A stretch of DNA of 64,000 nt from an uncultured Solirubrobacterales bacterium (GCA_963797835.1 CAWCRN010000026.1:208310-272309), one strand, 5' to 3'. Positions 49,013 through 58,604 are shown, numbered from the stretch's first letter. The notes: generated by a model not told the origin, from the sequence alone. A program made the numbers and translations.

Positions 49013-50731
49013 TCAGGCGCCGGCCCGGACCCGCAGGCGCCGGCGCAGCGCGCCGCCGCGGCGGTCGCGGAGGATCCGCTTCGCCGCGTTGTGCCCCGCG
49101 GCGGCCATCACGCCGCCGCCGGGATGCGTGCCGGCCCCGCACAGGTAGAGGCCGTTCACGGGCGTCGAGTAGTGCGACAGCTCGGGGATGGGGCGCATGA
49201 ACGCCATCTGGTCGAGGCCCTGCTCGCCCTGGAAGATCGAGCCTCCCTGGAGGCCGAAGATCCGCTCGATGTCCGGCGGCGCCAGGACCTCGCGCTCGAC
49301 GATCGCGTCCGGCACGTTGGGCGCGTAGCGGGCGAGGTGCTCGACGCACGCGTCGCCGTAGCGCTCGCGGTCGCCCTCCGCCCAGTCGGCCTCGTCGTGC
49401 GGGCCGTACTGGGTGAACATCGTCATCACGTAGCGACCGTCGTCGGTGAGGGTGGAATCGATCGACGACGGCAGCTCCGCCTCGACGTAGGGGTTCGCCG
49501 CCGGGCGCCCGGCGAGCGCGTCCTGCCAGGCCGCCTCGAGGTAGTCGACCGAGGGGCAGAGGTTGACGCCGGTGCGGTGCAGCATCTCCTGCGTCGCCGC
49601 GTCCACGCCCTCGTACTTCGGCGGCTCGGCGAGGACCATGTTGATCTTCACCGAGCCCCCGCGGGTGCGGTAGCGGCGCATGTGGTCCGCGACCTCGGTG
49701 GGGAACTCGTCGCCGCCGACGAGGTCCAGAACGGTCGTCTTGGGGTGGGCGCCCGAGGCGACGATCGGCGCCCGCAGCTCCTCGCCGTCCGCGAGGGTGA
49801 CCCCGACGACGCGGCCGTCGCGGACGTCGACGCGAGCCACCTCGGCGCCGGTGCGGATCGTGGCTCCGGCGGACTCGGCCGAGCGGGCGATCGCGTTCGA
49901 GATCGCACCCATCCCACCGATCACCTGGCCCCAGGCGCCCGGGACGCCATCGAGCTCCCCGAGGGCGTGGTGAAGCAGGTTGTAGGCAGTGCCCGGCGTG
50001 CGCGGGCCGGCCCAGACGCCCACGACGCCGCTTGAGGCGAGCGAGCCCTTTAACGCGTCGGTCTCGAAGTGGTCGTCCAGCAGGTCGCCGACCGACATGG
50101 TGAAGATGCGGACCAGGTCGTGGACGTCGCGGCGGCCGAGCCCGGAGGCGCGGGCGCCCTCGCGCAGGAGGGACAGGAGGTCGGCGGGGTGCTTCGAGCC
50201 GAGCGCCGGGGGCTCGCGAAGGAGCATGGGGCGCAGGAAGTCGCCGGCCCTCACCAGCAGCTCCTCGAAACCGGCATAGGCCTCCGCGTCCGCCTTCGAG
50301 AAGGGGGCGATCGAGGCCTGGGTGCGGGCGGTCTCGTCGAAGAAGAAGATCGACCCGTCGGGCGTCAGCGCGGCGTAGGCCGGGTCGAGCGGCACGGCGC
50401 GGTAGCCGAAGTCGCGCAGGCGCAGATCCTCGACGATCTTGGGCTGAAGCATCGAGACCACGTAGGAGGCGCGCGAGACGCGGGCGCCGGGCCAGACCTC
50501 TTCGGTCACGCATGCGCCGCCGAGGATGTCGCGGCGCTCGAGCACGCACACGTCGAGGCCGGCGCGGGCCAGGTAGGCGGCGGTGGTCAGGCCGTTGTGG
50601 CCGCCGCCGACGACGATCGCGTCGAAGTCGCGCCGGGGGCGCGGGGCGGCGCCGCTGGTGCCGTGTCCGTTCGCGCTGCGGGTCGTGTGCTGGGGCGTGG
50701 TCGCGTCCAGTGCGGGCGTCGTCTCAGTCAT
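49013..50731 (-). CDS. phytoene-desaturase-family NAD(P)/FAD-dependent oxidoreductase
   Basis: 572 aa. Dinucleotide motif FDAIVVGGGHNGLTTAAYLARAG. C-terminal LYLCGAGTHPGGGV. Confidence 0.8.
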   Translation of the reverse strand: MTETTPALDATTPQHTTRSANGHGTSGAAPRPRRDFDAIVVGGGHNGLTTAAYLARAGLDVCVLERRDILGGACVTEEVWPGARVSRASYVVSMLQPKIVEDLRLRDFGYRAVPLDPAYAALTPDGSIFFFDETARTQASIAPFSKADAEAYAGFEELLVRAGDFLRPMLLREPPALGSKHPADLLSLLREGARASGLGRRDVHDLVRIFTMSVGDLLDDHFETDALKGSLASSGVVGVWAGPRTPGTAYNLLHHALGELDGVPGAWGQVIGGMGAISNAIARSAESAGATIRTGAEVARVDVRDGRVVGVTLADGEELRAPIVASGAHPKTTVLDLVGGDEFPTEVADHMRRYRTRGGSVKINMVLAEPPKYEGVDAATQEMLHRTGVNLCPSVDYLEAAWQDALAGRPAANPYVEAELPSSIDSTLTDDGRYVMTMFTQYGPHDEADWAEGDRERYGDACVEHLARYAPNVPDAIVEREVLAPPDIERIFGLQGGSIFQGEQGLDQMAFMRPIPELSHYSTPVNGLYLCGAGTHPGGGVMAAAGHNAAKRILRDRRGGALRRRLRVRAGA

Positions 50732-50775
50732 GGCTCTCTCCGGGTCGGTGAGGAAGGTAGGCTACCACAAAAGCT

Positions 50776-50793
50776 CAATTGACTACAAAGTCA
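50776..50793 (+). promoter_or_regulatory. 18-bp operator-like motif CAATTGACTACAAAGTCA (copy 1)
   Basis: Identical to 55488-55505. Contains TTGACT-ACAA-AGTCAA. Lies 45 nt upstream of the oxidoreductase start. Confidence 0.5.
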
Positions 50794-50814
50794 ACAACGC
50801 ACGGCACAGGCACG

Positions 50815-50859
50815 GCTGTCCTGGATAGCCCACACGGTGGGTGGGTAGGGCAGGACAGC
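50815..50859 (-). terminator. hairpin downstream of the acyl-CoA operon
   Basis: GCTGTCCTG ... CAGGACAGC (9-bp stem) enclosing an inner CCCAC-acg-GTGGG. Begins 17 nt after the 3-hydroxyacyl-CoA dehydrogenase stop. Confidence 0.4.
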
Positions 50860-50875
50860 TCCCTCTGCGGGGGTG

Positions 50876-51733
50876 TCAGTCGTACTCGTAGAAGCCGCGT
50901 CCGGTCTTGCGGCCGTGGTGGCCGGAGACGACGAGGCGCTTCAGCAGCGGCGGCGGCGCGTACTCGGGGCGCTTGAACTCCTCATACAGGGAGTCGCAGA
51001 CCGCGTAGAGGACGTCGAGGCCGATGAAGTCGGCCAGCTCGAGCGGGCCCATCGGGTGGCCGCAGCCGAGGCGCATCCCCTCATCGATCGCCTCGCGGGT
51101 CGCGAAACCGTCCTCGTACATCCGAACCCCGGCCATCAGGTACGGGACGAGGAGCATGTTGACGATGAAGCCCGAGCGGTCCTTGGTGCGGATCGGGCGC
51201 TTGCCGATGCGCTCGGCGAACGCCTCGGCCCGCTCGACCACCTCGGGCGCCGTGTCGATCGCCACCACGACCTCGACCAGCTTCATCACCGGGACCGGGC
51301 TGAAGAAGTGGAGGCCGAGGACGCGCTCGCGGTGATCGCTCCAGGAGGCGAGCTCGGCGATTGGTATCGATGACGTGTTGGACGCGATGAGCGCGGCGGG
51401 ATCCAGCAGCCCCGACAGGCGCTCGAACACCTCGCCCTTCACGTGAGCGTCCTCCACGACCGCCTCGATCACGAGCTCGCGGTCCCGGAAGCGCTCGAGG
51501 TCGGTGGTCCACTCGATGCGAGCTCGCAAGGCCTCTCCGTCGGCCTCCTCGAGCTTGCCCGTTTCGATCGCGCGAGCGACCGAGGCCTCCAGCCGCTCGC
51601 GGGAGCGATCCAGCGCCACCTGCTCGGGCTCGTGGAGGAGGACGTCGATCCCGGCGCGGGCCGTGGTCTCGGCGATCCCGGTGCCCATGAACCCCGCGCC
51701 GACGATGCCCACGCGTTCGACTGCCCCCCTCAT
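50876..51733 (-). CDS. 3-hydroxyacyl/3-hydroxybutyryl-CoA dehydrogenase
   Basis: The ATG at 51733 overlaps the upstream stop. VGIVGAGFMGTGIA Rossmann motif. SNTSSI. C-terminal GRKTGRGFYEY. Confidence 0.85.
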   Translation of the reverse strand: MRGAVERVGIVGAGFMGTGIAETTARAGIDVLLHEPEQVALDRSRERLEASVARAIETGKLEEADGEALRARIEWTTDLERFRDRELVIEAVVEDAHVKGEVFERLSGLLDPAALIASNTSSIPIAELASWSDHRERVLGLHFFSPVPVMKLVEVVVAIDTAPEVVERAEAFAERIGKRPIRTKDRSGFIVNMLLVPYLMAGVRMYEDGFATREAIDEGMRLGCGHPMGPLELADFIGLDVLYAVCDSLYEEFKRPEYAPPPLLKRLVVSGHHGRKTGRGFYEYD

Positions 51734-53820
51734 CGAGAGCGGGCCAGGGCGTCGAGGGCGACGGCGCCGTCGGGCCGCGCGACGACCGGGTTCAGCTCCA
51801 GCAGGCCGAGGCCCTCGTCGAGCAGAAGCGTCCCGCAGGCCGCGCCCAGCCGGGCGAGGGCGCCGAGGTCGACCGGTTCCGCGCCACGGGCGCCTGTGAG
51901 AAGTGGGGCGCCGCGCAGCGAGCGGAGCGCGAGCTCGACCCTCTCCGCACTTGCGGGCAGCGGCACGACCGCGACGTCGTCGAGGGTCTCGGTCCACACG
52001 CCCCCCAGGGCGAGCACCAGTGCCGGCACAACGCCGTCGGCCCGGGCGGCGATCAGCAGCTCCACCCCCGCCGGCACCATCCGCTCGACCAGGAGCTCGG
52101 CGCCGTCGGCGGCCGGCAGCTCGCGCAGCCGCGACCAGGCCTCTCGGAGCTCGCCCTCCTCGGCGAGGTCCAGGGCCAGCGCGCCGGCGTCAGACTTGTG
52201 CTGGACACCCGGCCCGGTGAGCTTGAGCGCCACGGGCCAGCCCACCTCCGTGGCGGCGCGGACCGCGTCGCCGGCGTCCCGCGCCACGCGCCCCGCCGGG
52301 ACCTCGATACCAGCACCGCGCAGCAGCTCCTTTGCCTCGGCCTCACCCACCCAGCCGTTGCCGGACAGCGGTCGGCCCTTCGCCGTCAGCGCCGCCGCCG
52401 CGATCTCGCGCAGCCGGTCGGGATCTCCCGGGGCGGCCCGGAGCGCCCGGGCGCAGACCAGGGCGGTGCGCAGGCCGGCGACGAACGGGAACCCACGCTC
52501 GGCCAGCGCCAGCGCGACCCCCTCGTCGTTCAGGTCGGGGAGCGTTGCGGCGAGGATCGCGCTGCATTCGGTGGGCTCGGCGCCGGCGACCAGCGCGTCG
52601 CGCACGGCCGCCCACGACGCCGCCGGCCCGGGCGGCAGGTCGGGGGGCTGGTCGAATAACAGCAGGAGCTGGTCGATCGCAGGGTCCTCGCCGACGGCGG
52701 TCACGATCCGGCTGAGGCGCTCGGGCTCGTCCCAGATCATCGCGGTCCAGTCGAGCGGGTTCGCCACCGTGGCGGTCTCGGGGAGGAGGTCGTCGAGACG
52801 CTCGCGCGTTGAGTCCGCGAACGCCGGCAGGTCGATGCCCAGGAGCTCCGCCTGGTCGGCCGCGATGCCGGAGTCGCCGCCGGAGCAGGTGAGGACGGCA
52901 AGCCCGCCGCGGCGGCGTGGGCGGGCCCGGGGCGCTGCCAGCGAGCGCGCCAGCTCCAGCAGCGTGTGCGGGTCCTCGGCCCAGGCGGCCCCCGCCTCCT
53001 CCACCAGGGCCCGGAAGACCCGCTGGTCGCCGGCGAGCGCGCCGGTGTGGGCGGCGGCCGCCTGCGCCCCCGCCTGCGAGGCGCCCACCTTCAGCACCGC
53101 GATGCCCACCCCGCGTCCGGCGGCGACCGCGAGCGCCTCCGCGAGCCTCACCCCGTCGCCGTCGCCCTCGCAGAAGAGCGCGATCGAGCGCACCCCGTCC
53201 AACTCTGCCACCGCCTCGAGCCAGTCGCTGGCGTCGCAGACGGCCTGGTTGCCCGTCGAGACGAGGGTGTGCCAGCCGATGCCCCGGCGGGAGTTGAGCG
53301 CGTTGACGGCGAGGTTGCCGCTCTGGGACACCATCGCGACCGGCCCGGGAGCCACGGCGCTGTGGGCATCCCCCCACATGGGCGCCCCCGCCGCGATCGC
53401 CGCGATGCCGTTGCCGTTCGGCCCGCACACGGGGAAGCCGCCGCGCAGCGCGACCTCGCGCAGTTCGCGCTCGAGCCTGCGGCCGGACTCCATCTCGCCG
53501 AACCCGGCCGAGAGCACGATCGCGCCGCCACAGCCGCGCTCGATCGCGTCGCCGACCACGCCCGGCACTCCCGCGGCCGGGATCGCGAAGACCACCGCGT
53601 CCACGGGCTCGGGCAGGTCGAGCACCGAGGGGACGCACGGAAGTCCGTGGACCTCGGCGCGCTTCGGGTTGACGCCCCAGACCGCGCCGTCGAACCCGGC
53701 TGCGGCAAGGTTTCGGATGACCCGGTCGCCGTACGAGTCGGGGCGGTCGTTGGCGCCGACGACCGCGATCGACCGGGGCTTGAGCAGAGGCCTCAGGTCC
53801 ACGCCGCCGCCTCCCAGCAC
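51730..53820 (-). CDS. ADP-forming acyl-CoA synthetase (acetate--CoA ligase family; CoA-binding + ATP-grasp)
   Basis: 696 aa. PRSIAVVGANDRPDSYG CoA-binding motif. GPNGNGI. C-terminal ATP-grasp segment. Confidence 0.8.
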   Translation of the reverse strand: MLGGGGVDLRPLLKPRSIAVVGANDRPDSYGDRVIRNLAAAGFDGAVWGVNPKRAEVHGLPCVPSVLDLPEPVDAVVFAIPAAGVPGVVGDAIERGCGGAIVLSAGFGEMESGRRLERELREVALRGGFPVCGPNGNGIAAIAAGAPMWGDAHSAVAPGPVAMVSQSGNLAVNALNSRRGIGWHTLVSTGNQAVCDASDWLEAVAELDGVRSIALFCEGDGDGVRLAEALAVAAGRGVGIAVLKVGASQAGAQAAAAHTGALAGDQRVFRALVEEAGAAWAEDPHTLLELARSLAAPRARPRRRGGLAVLTCSGGDSGIAADQAELLGIDLPAFADSTRERLDDLLPETATVANPLDWTAMIWDEPERLSRIVTAVGEDPAIDQLLLLFDQPPDLPPGPAASWAAVRDALVAGAEPTECSAILAATLPDLNDEGVALALAERGFPFVAGLRTALVCARALRAAPGDPDRLREIAAAALTAKGRPLSGNGWVGEAEAKELLRGAGIEVPAGRVARDAGDAVRAATEVGWPVALKLTGPGVQHKSDAGALALDLAEEGELREAWSRLRELPAADGAELLVERMVPAGVELLIAARADGVVPALVLALGGVWTETLDDVAVVPLPASAERVELALRSLRGAPLLTGARGAEPVDLGALARLGAACGTLLLDEGLGLLELNPVVARPDGAVALDALARSR

Positions 53821-53877
53821 CGAACGTCCCGCGCTTTATCCCAGAGAACGCCTTCCGGGACGTTCGCGACCATTGGG

Positions 53878-55137
53878 CTAGTGGAGGATCGCCTCGACGC
53901 CGCGCCGCTCGAGCCCGCGGGCGACGATCAGCCGCTGGATCTCGGACGTGCCCTCCCAGATGCGGTCGACCCGCACCTCGCGCAGGAGCCGTTCGGCCAC
54001 GTTCGAGCGCATGTAGCCACGGCCGCCGAACGCCTGCACGCAGCGGTCGGCGCAGCGCCACGCGGCCTCGCTCACGAACAGCTTCGCCATCGAGGCCTTG
54101 TGGTGCACGATCTTGGGGTCGGCGCCGGCGTCCACCAGGGCGGCGACGTTCATCGCCAGCAGGCGGCCGGCGGCCGCGTCGGCGGCGGAGTCGGCGAGCG
54201 GGAACGAGACGCCCTGGTAGTCGTAGATCCGGTTGCCGCCCTGCTCGCGGCCCGTGGCCCAGGCCACGGTCTCCTCGAGCAGGCGCCACATCGCGCCGAC
54301 GCCGCGTGCGGCGATCGCGAGCCGCTCCTCGGTGAACCACAGCCGCTGCATGTCGTTGCCGGCGCCGATGTCGCCGATCACGGCGTCCTCGGCAACCTCG
54401 ACGTCGCGGAACGCGATCGTGGGATGGCCCTCCGGGTAGTTGTGCGTAAAGCCCGGATCGTCGATGTAGTCCACGCCGGGTGCGTCGGAGGGCACGGCGA
54501 ACAGCGTCGGGAGCCGGTCGGAGCCGTCGATCACCTCCGCCATCACGATCAGCACCTGGGCGACGTCGCCGGAGGTCACGAACCACTTCTCGCCGTTGAT
54601 CCGGTAGCCCCCATCGGTGCGCTCGGCGGTGGTCTCGATCAGCGAGGGGTCGGAGCCGGCCTCGCGCTCGGTCACCGCGTAGGCGTCCTTGAGGTTCCCT
54701 GCGATCGCCGGGCGCAGGTAGCGGTCGCGCTGCTCGGGCGATGCGTGGTCCCAGACGTTGTAGGCGTTGGGGATATGCCAGTAGATGCCGTTGCTCGAGC
54801 GGCCGAACTGCTCCTCGACGAGCGCCCACTCGGTACGGGTCCAGCCCTGCCCGCCGTACTCGGGGGAGTGGAGCCCGCCGTTCAGCCGCGCCGCGATCGC
54901 GGCCTCCTTGATCCGGTCGATCGCCTCCTGCGGCAGGCGGCCATGGAGGCGCTCGGCCTCCTCCTCGAGCGGGACCAGCTCGGTGTCGACGAAGTCGCGC
55001 GCCCGCTGTTGCAGTTCCGCCTGCTCCGCCGTCAATTCCCCATGAGGGGTCTGACCCCCCGCGGGCTCGGTGGGGGTCTGACCCCCGTTGGTTGCGGCGG
55101 GGGTCTGACCCCGTTGCGCGATGGGTGCGTCGGTCAT
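53878..55137 (-). CDS. acyl-CoA dehydrogenase
   Basis: 419 aa. YAVTEREAGSDP, GEKWFVTSG, C-terminal IWEGTSEIQRLIVAR. Confidence 0.9.
   Translation of the reverse strand: MTDAPIAQRGQTPAATNGGQTPTEPAGGQTPHGELTAEQAELQQRARDFVDTELVPLEEEAERLHGRLPQEAIDRIKEAAIAARLNGGLHSPEYGGQGWTRTEWALVEEQFGRSSNGIYWHIPNAYNVWDHASPEQRDRYLRPAIAGNLKDAYAVTEREAGSDPSLIETTAERTDGGYRINGEKWFVTSGDVAQVLIVMAEVIDGSDRLPTLFAVPSDAPGVDYIDDPGFTHNYPEGHPTIAFRDVEVAEDAVIGDIGAGNDMQRLWFTEERLAIAARGVGAMWRLLEETVAWATGREQGGNRIYDYQGVSFPLADSAADAAAGRLLAMNVAALVDAGADPKIVHHKASMAKLFVSEAAWRCADRCVQAFGGRGYMRSNVAERLLREVRVDRIWEGTSEIQRLIVARGLERRGVEAILH
55046..55112. repeat. 3 x 27-bp tandem repeat with palindromic core GGGGTCTGACCCC
   Basis: Cores at 55046-55058, 55072-55086 and 55099-55112. 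They encode GQTPAATNG / GQTPTEPAG / GQTPHGE in the acyl-CoA dehydrogenase N-terminus. Confidence 0.7.
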
Positions 55138-55490
55138 CGGCCTCTGCCTCCCCTGCCGCCGCGGCCCCGGGCGGTGATCCCGAGCGCGAGGGCGTCGTGG
55201 TTTTCAAGGACTTCGAGGGCGGCCTCGCGCGCGGCGAGCGCGTCGGCGTCGCCCGATTCCGCCGCGGCGGCAAGGCTCCGCGCCTCGGCCAGCCAGCGCT
55301 CGTAGGCGCGGCGGCCGCTGCGGGTGATCACCCGCTCGGCGCGTTCGCGCTCGGCGGCGATCGCGGCGGCATCGGCCTCGCCGCCGGCCCGCAGCGCCGC
55401 GAGCGCCGCGGGCAGTTCACCCTCGGGCTCCGGCGTGATCGAAAGCCATTGTCCGCGCTCCGTCTTCACAGCCGATACGATATCATGCAA
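55134..55490 (-). CDS. hypothetical Ala/Glu-rich protein, first gene of the acyl-CoA operon
   Basis: The stop overlaps the acyl-CoA dehydrogenase ATG (ATGA). The start is uncertain (TTG 55490 or GTG 55469). Confidence 0.45.
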   Translation of the reverse strand: MHDIVSAVKTERGQWLSITPEPEGELPAALAALRAGGEADAAAIAAERERAERVITRSGRRAYERWLAEARSLAAAAESGDADALAAREAALEVLENHDALALGITARGRGGRGGRGR

Positions 55491-55505
55491 TTGACTACAA
55501 AGTCA
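55488..55505 (+). promoter_or_regulatory. 18-bp operator-like motif CAATTGACTACAAAGTCA (copy 2)
   Basis: Identical to 50776-50793. Lies in the short divergent region between the acyl-CoA operon and the Rieske genes. Confidence 0.5.
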
Positions 55506-55536
55506 GCCCGCCGTCGGAGAAAGAGAGAACACGGCC

Positions 55537-56705
55537 ATGCCCCAGGCAGTCGCAACCGAAGCCATCCGGGACCCCGAGCCCACCGCCGACGGCATTCCCG
55601 AGGGGCCGATCGGGCCCGCCCTGAGCGCCCGCTACTACACCGATCCACTGGTCCTCCAGCGCGAGCTGAACACGATCTTCCAGCGCACCTGGCAGTACGC
55701 CGGGCATGTGGGCGACCTTCCCGAGGCCGGCAGCTACCTGACCGCCTACGCGGGCGACCAGCCCGTCCTCGTCCTGCACGGTGACGACGGCGAGATCCGA
55801 GCCTTTCGCAACGTGTGCCGCCATCGCGGCTCAGAGCTTCTCACGGGGCACGGGCGCTCAAAGAAGGCGATCCGCTGCCGCTACCACGGCTGGACCTACG
55901 ACGCCACCGACGGGCGCCTTCTCGGAGTCCCCGAGCACCGCAGCTTCGCCGACCTCGACAAGCCGAGCCTCGGGCTGATGCCCGCCCGCGTCGAGACGCT
56001 CGCCGGACTCCTGTTCGTGAATCTGGACCCCGACGCGCCCTCGCTGGCCGAGGCGACCGGCGACCTCGGCGCTCGCCTCGAGCGTTACGGCCTGGCGGAC
56101 CTGGTGCGCATCAAGGGCTTCGGCGAGACGCGCCAGCCGGCCAACTGGAAGATCGTCGCCGAGAACTATCTCGAGGGCTACCACGTCCCGATCGCCCACC
56201 CCGGGCTGATGCGCCTGCTCGACTACAAGCGCTACCGGGCCGAGGTCCACGAAGGCTGGTCCTGGTTCGAGGCGCCGATGCGCGACGACGCCCTCGGCCA
56301 ACCGCGGCGAGCGCCTCTACCAGCGCCTCGTCCGCCCGATGCCGGGCCTGGCCGGACGAGGACCGCCGCGTCTGGCGCTATGCATTCGTGTATCCCAACA
56401 CCACGATCGACCTCCATCCCGACCAGGTGAACGTCTGGCAGATGCTCCCCTCCGGCGTCGATGAGACGCGGGACGTCTGGGGCGTGTTCGGCCCGCACCG
56501 CGGCTCGCCGCTCGGCCGGCTCGCACAGAGGCTCAACCAGCGCTTCAACACGCTCGTCCTCGACGAGGACATCGACCTGGTCGCGGCGGTGCAGCGCGGC
56601 GTGCGCACGCGCGGCTACGAGCCCGGGCCGCTGGCGCCGAAGGAGAAGGCCGTGGGCTGGTTCGCGGGGCGGATCCGGGCCGAGCTGGGAGAGCTGCCGC
56701 AGTGA
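55537..56705 (+). pseudogene. Rieske [2Fe-2S] oxygenase alpha-subunit-like protein, two successive net +1 frame breaks (or sequencing errors)
   Basis: CRHRGSELLTGHGRSKKAIRCRYHGW Rieske motif. NYLEGYHVPIAHP Fe site. FEAPMRDD | SANRGERLYQRLVRPMPGL | PDEDRRVWRYAFVYPNTTIDLHPDQ uses frames 1, 2 and 0 (breaks about 56290 and 56350). Confidence 0.8.
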
Positions 56706-57871
56706 GCTCCAACGGCTCCGTCCCGGCCCTGGACCTCGATCGCGCCGAGCTCGAGGCCACGATCCAGCCGCTCGAGCGGGCCAGCATGCTGCCGCCGCGC
56801 TCGTTCACCGACGGCGCGGTCCTCGGCTGGGAGCTGGAGCACCTCTTCCGCGGGGGATGGATCTGCGCCGGCCACACCTCCGCCCTCGCCGAGCCAGGCG
56901 CCTACCTGATGCGCCAGATCGGGGACGAGAGCGTCTTCGTGATCGCCGGCAAGGACGGCGAGTCCCGCGGGTTCTTCAACGTCTGCCGCCACCGCGGAGC
57001 CCGCATCTTCGAGGAGGCCGAAGGGGCGGTGAGGGGGCGGATCCGCTGCCCCTACCACGCCTGGTCCTACGACTTCGATGGCAGCCTGCTGGGCACCCGT
57101 CATACCGAGGGCCTCGAGGACTTCGATCCCGGGTGCTACGGCCTCACCCCCATCGCGACCGAGGTGGTGGGCGGGCTGGTCATGGTCAACCTGTCGGAGA
57201 CCCCGGCACCGGCCGGGGGTCACGTGGGCGAGCTGGCCCCGTGGCTCGAGCGCTATGGCCTCCGCCGACTCGAGCCTGCCGGCAGGCGCGACTACGAGGT
57301 CGCCGCCAACTGGAAGGCGATCGCCGAGAACTACAACGAGTGCCTGCACTGCCCCGGCGTCCACCCGGAGCTGAACGCGCTCTCCGACTACTCGAGCGGC
57401 GCCCCGGTGGCAGGCGCGGGCGCCTGGTGCGGGGGCTCGATGACGCTCAACGACGGGGCGGAGACCATGGGCCGCGGCGGCGGTCACGACGGCGCCCGGC
57501 CGCCGATCGCCGGCCTTCCCGAGGACGAGTTCCGCCACGTCTACTACTTCGCCCTGTTCCCGAACGCGCTGGTCTCGCTGCACCGCGACTACGTGATGCT
57601 GCACACCCTCTGGCCACGAGAGCCCGGGCTGACCGACGTGATCTGCGAGTGGCTCTTCGAGCCGGAGACGATCGCGGCGCCGGGATTCGACCCGGCCGAC
57701 GCGATCGAGTTCTGGGATCAGGTCAACCGGGAGGACTGGCACGTGTGCGAGCTGGCACAGAAGGGCGTGGGCTCGCGCGGGTACAGCGCGGGGCGCTACT
57801 CGACGCACGAGGGCGACGTCCACGCGTTCGATGTGATGGTCGCCCAGCGTTACCTCGAGGCGGTGCGATGA
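56702..57871 (+). CDS. Rieske [2Fe-2S] oxygenase alpha-subunit-like protein
   Basis: The GTG overlaps the upstream stop. CRHRGARIFEEAEGAVRGRIRCPYHAW. NYNECLHCPGVHPEL mononuclear-iron motif. 389 aa and intact. Confidence 0.85.
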   Translation: MSSNGSVPALDLDRAELEATIQPLERASMLPPRSFTDGAVLGWELEHLFRGGWICAGHTSALAEPGAYLMRQIGDESVFVIAGKDGESRGFFNVCRHRGARIFEEAEGAVRGRIRCPYHAWSYDFDGSLLGTRHTEGLEDFDPGCYGLTPIATEVVGGLVMVNLSETPAPAGGHVGELAPWLERYGLRRLEPAGRRDYEVAANWKAIAENYNECLHCPGVHPELNALSDYSSGAPVAGAGAWCGGSMTLNDGAETMGRGGGHDGARPPIAGLPEDEFRHVYYFALFPNALVSLHRDYVMLHTLWPREPGLTDVICEWLFEPETIAAPGFDPADAIEFWDQVNREDWHVCELAQKGVGSRGYSAGRYSTHEGDVHAFDVMVAQRYLEAVR

Positions 57872-57907
57872 GCGATATCGCGGCTCAGGACGCGTAGGGG
57901 CGGCGCC

Positions 57908-58540
57908 GTGGCCACCACCGCGCGGGCGGAGGACACGCACGACCGCATCCTCGAGGCGGCCGTCGAGCTGATCGCCAGCGAGGGCATCGACGACGTCCGG
58001 ATAGCCCGGGTCGCCACCCGCGCGGGCGTCTCGACCGCGCTCGTCCACCACTACTTCTCCACGCGCGAGGACCTGCTCGAGCAGGCGCTCCTGCGCTCGT
58101 TCAAGCTCGCCGCAGAGGAGCGCTTCGGCGAGGACGCGAGCGCCGACGCCGCCGGCGCGAGCGCCGCCGGCGCCCTGGCCCGCGCCATCCGCACCTCGCT
58201 GCCCGAGCCCGGGGAGCCCGAGCGCGAGTGGGTGCTGTGGGTGGAGCTCTGGCTTCGGGCCGTCCGAGACCCCGAGCTCCAGCCGGTCGCCGTGGCCCTC
58301 TACGAGCGTTACCGGGTCTGGCTGGCCGCGGTCGTCCGCGCCGGCGTCGAGAGCGGCGAGTTCGAGCTAGTCGACCCCGAGGAGACGGCCGACCACGCGA
58401 TGGCCCTGCTCGACGGCTTCGGCCTGCGCGCCCTGCTCGGCGACCCGCACATGGATCTCGCCCGCGCGCGCCGCACGATCGCCGAGCTCCTGGCGCCGCG
58501 GCTCGGGATCGAGCCCGAGCTGCTGATGGACCGCGAGTAG
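57908..58540 (+). CDS. TetR/AcrR-family transcriptional regulator
   Basis: N-terminal HTH RILEAAVELIASEGIDDVRIARVATRAGVSTALVHHYFSTRE. Confidence 0.85.
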   Translation: MATTARAEDTHDRILEAAVELIASEGIDDVRIARVATRAGVSTALVHHYFSTREDLLEQALLRSFKLAAEERFGEDASADAAGASAAGALARAIRTSLPEPGEPEREWVLWVELWLRAVRDPELQPVAVALYERYRVWLAAVVRAGVESGEFELVDPEETADHAMALLDGFGLRALLGDPHMDLARARRTIAELLAPRLGIEPELLMDRE

Positions 58541-58604
58541 CGCATCGCGCTCGAACGTTGGACAGACCGGCGTTTGCGTGAGCGGGCCAGGCCCGGTAGG
58601 TTTT

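Noticed and set aside
52343-55273. 976-aa ORF spanning the acyl-CoA synthetase and acyl-CoA dehydrogenase region.
   Set aside because: It is an off-frame product on the same strand as two well-supported genes. Its composition (R/G/P/A-rich, no motifs) indicates a GC-driven open frame and not a protein.
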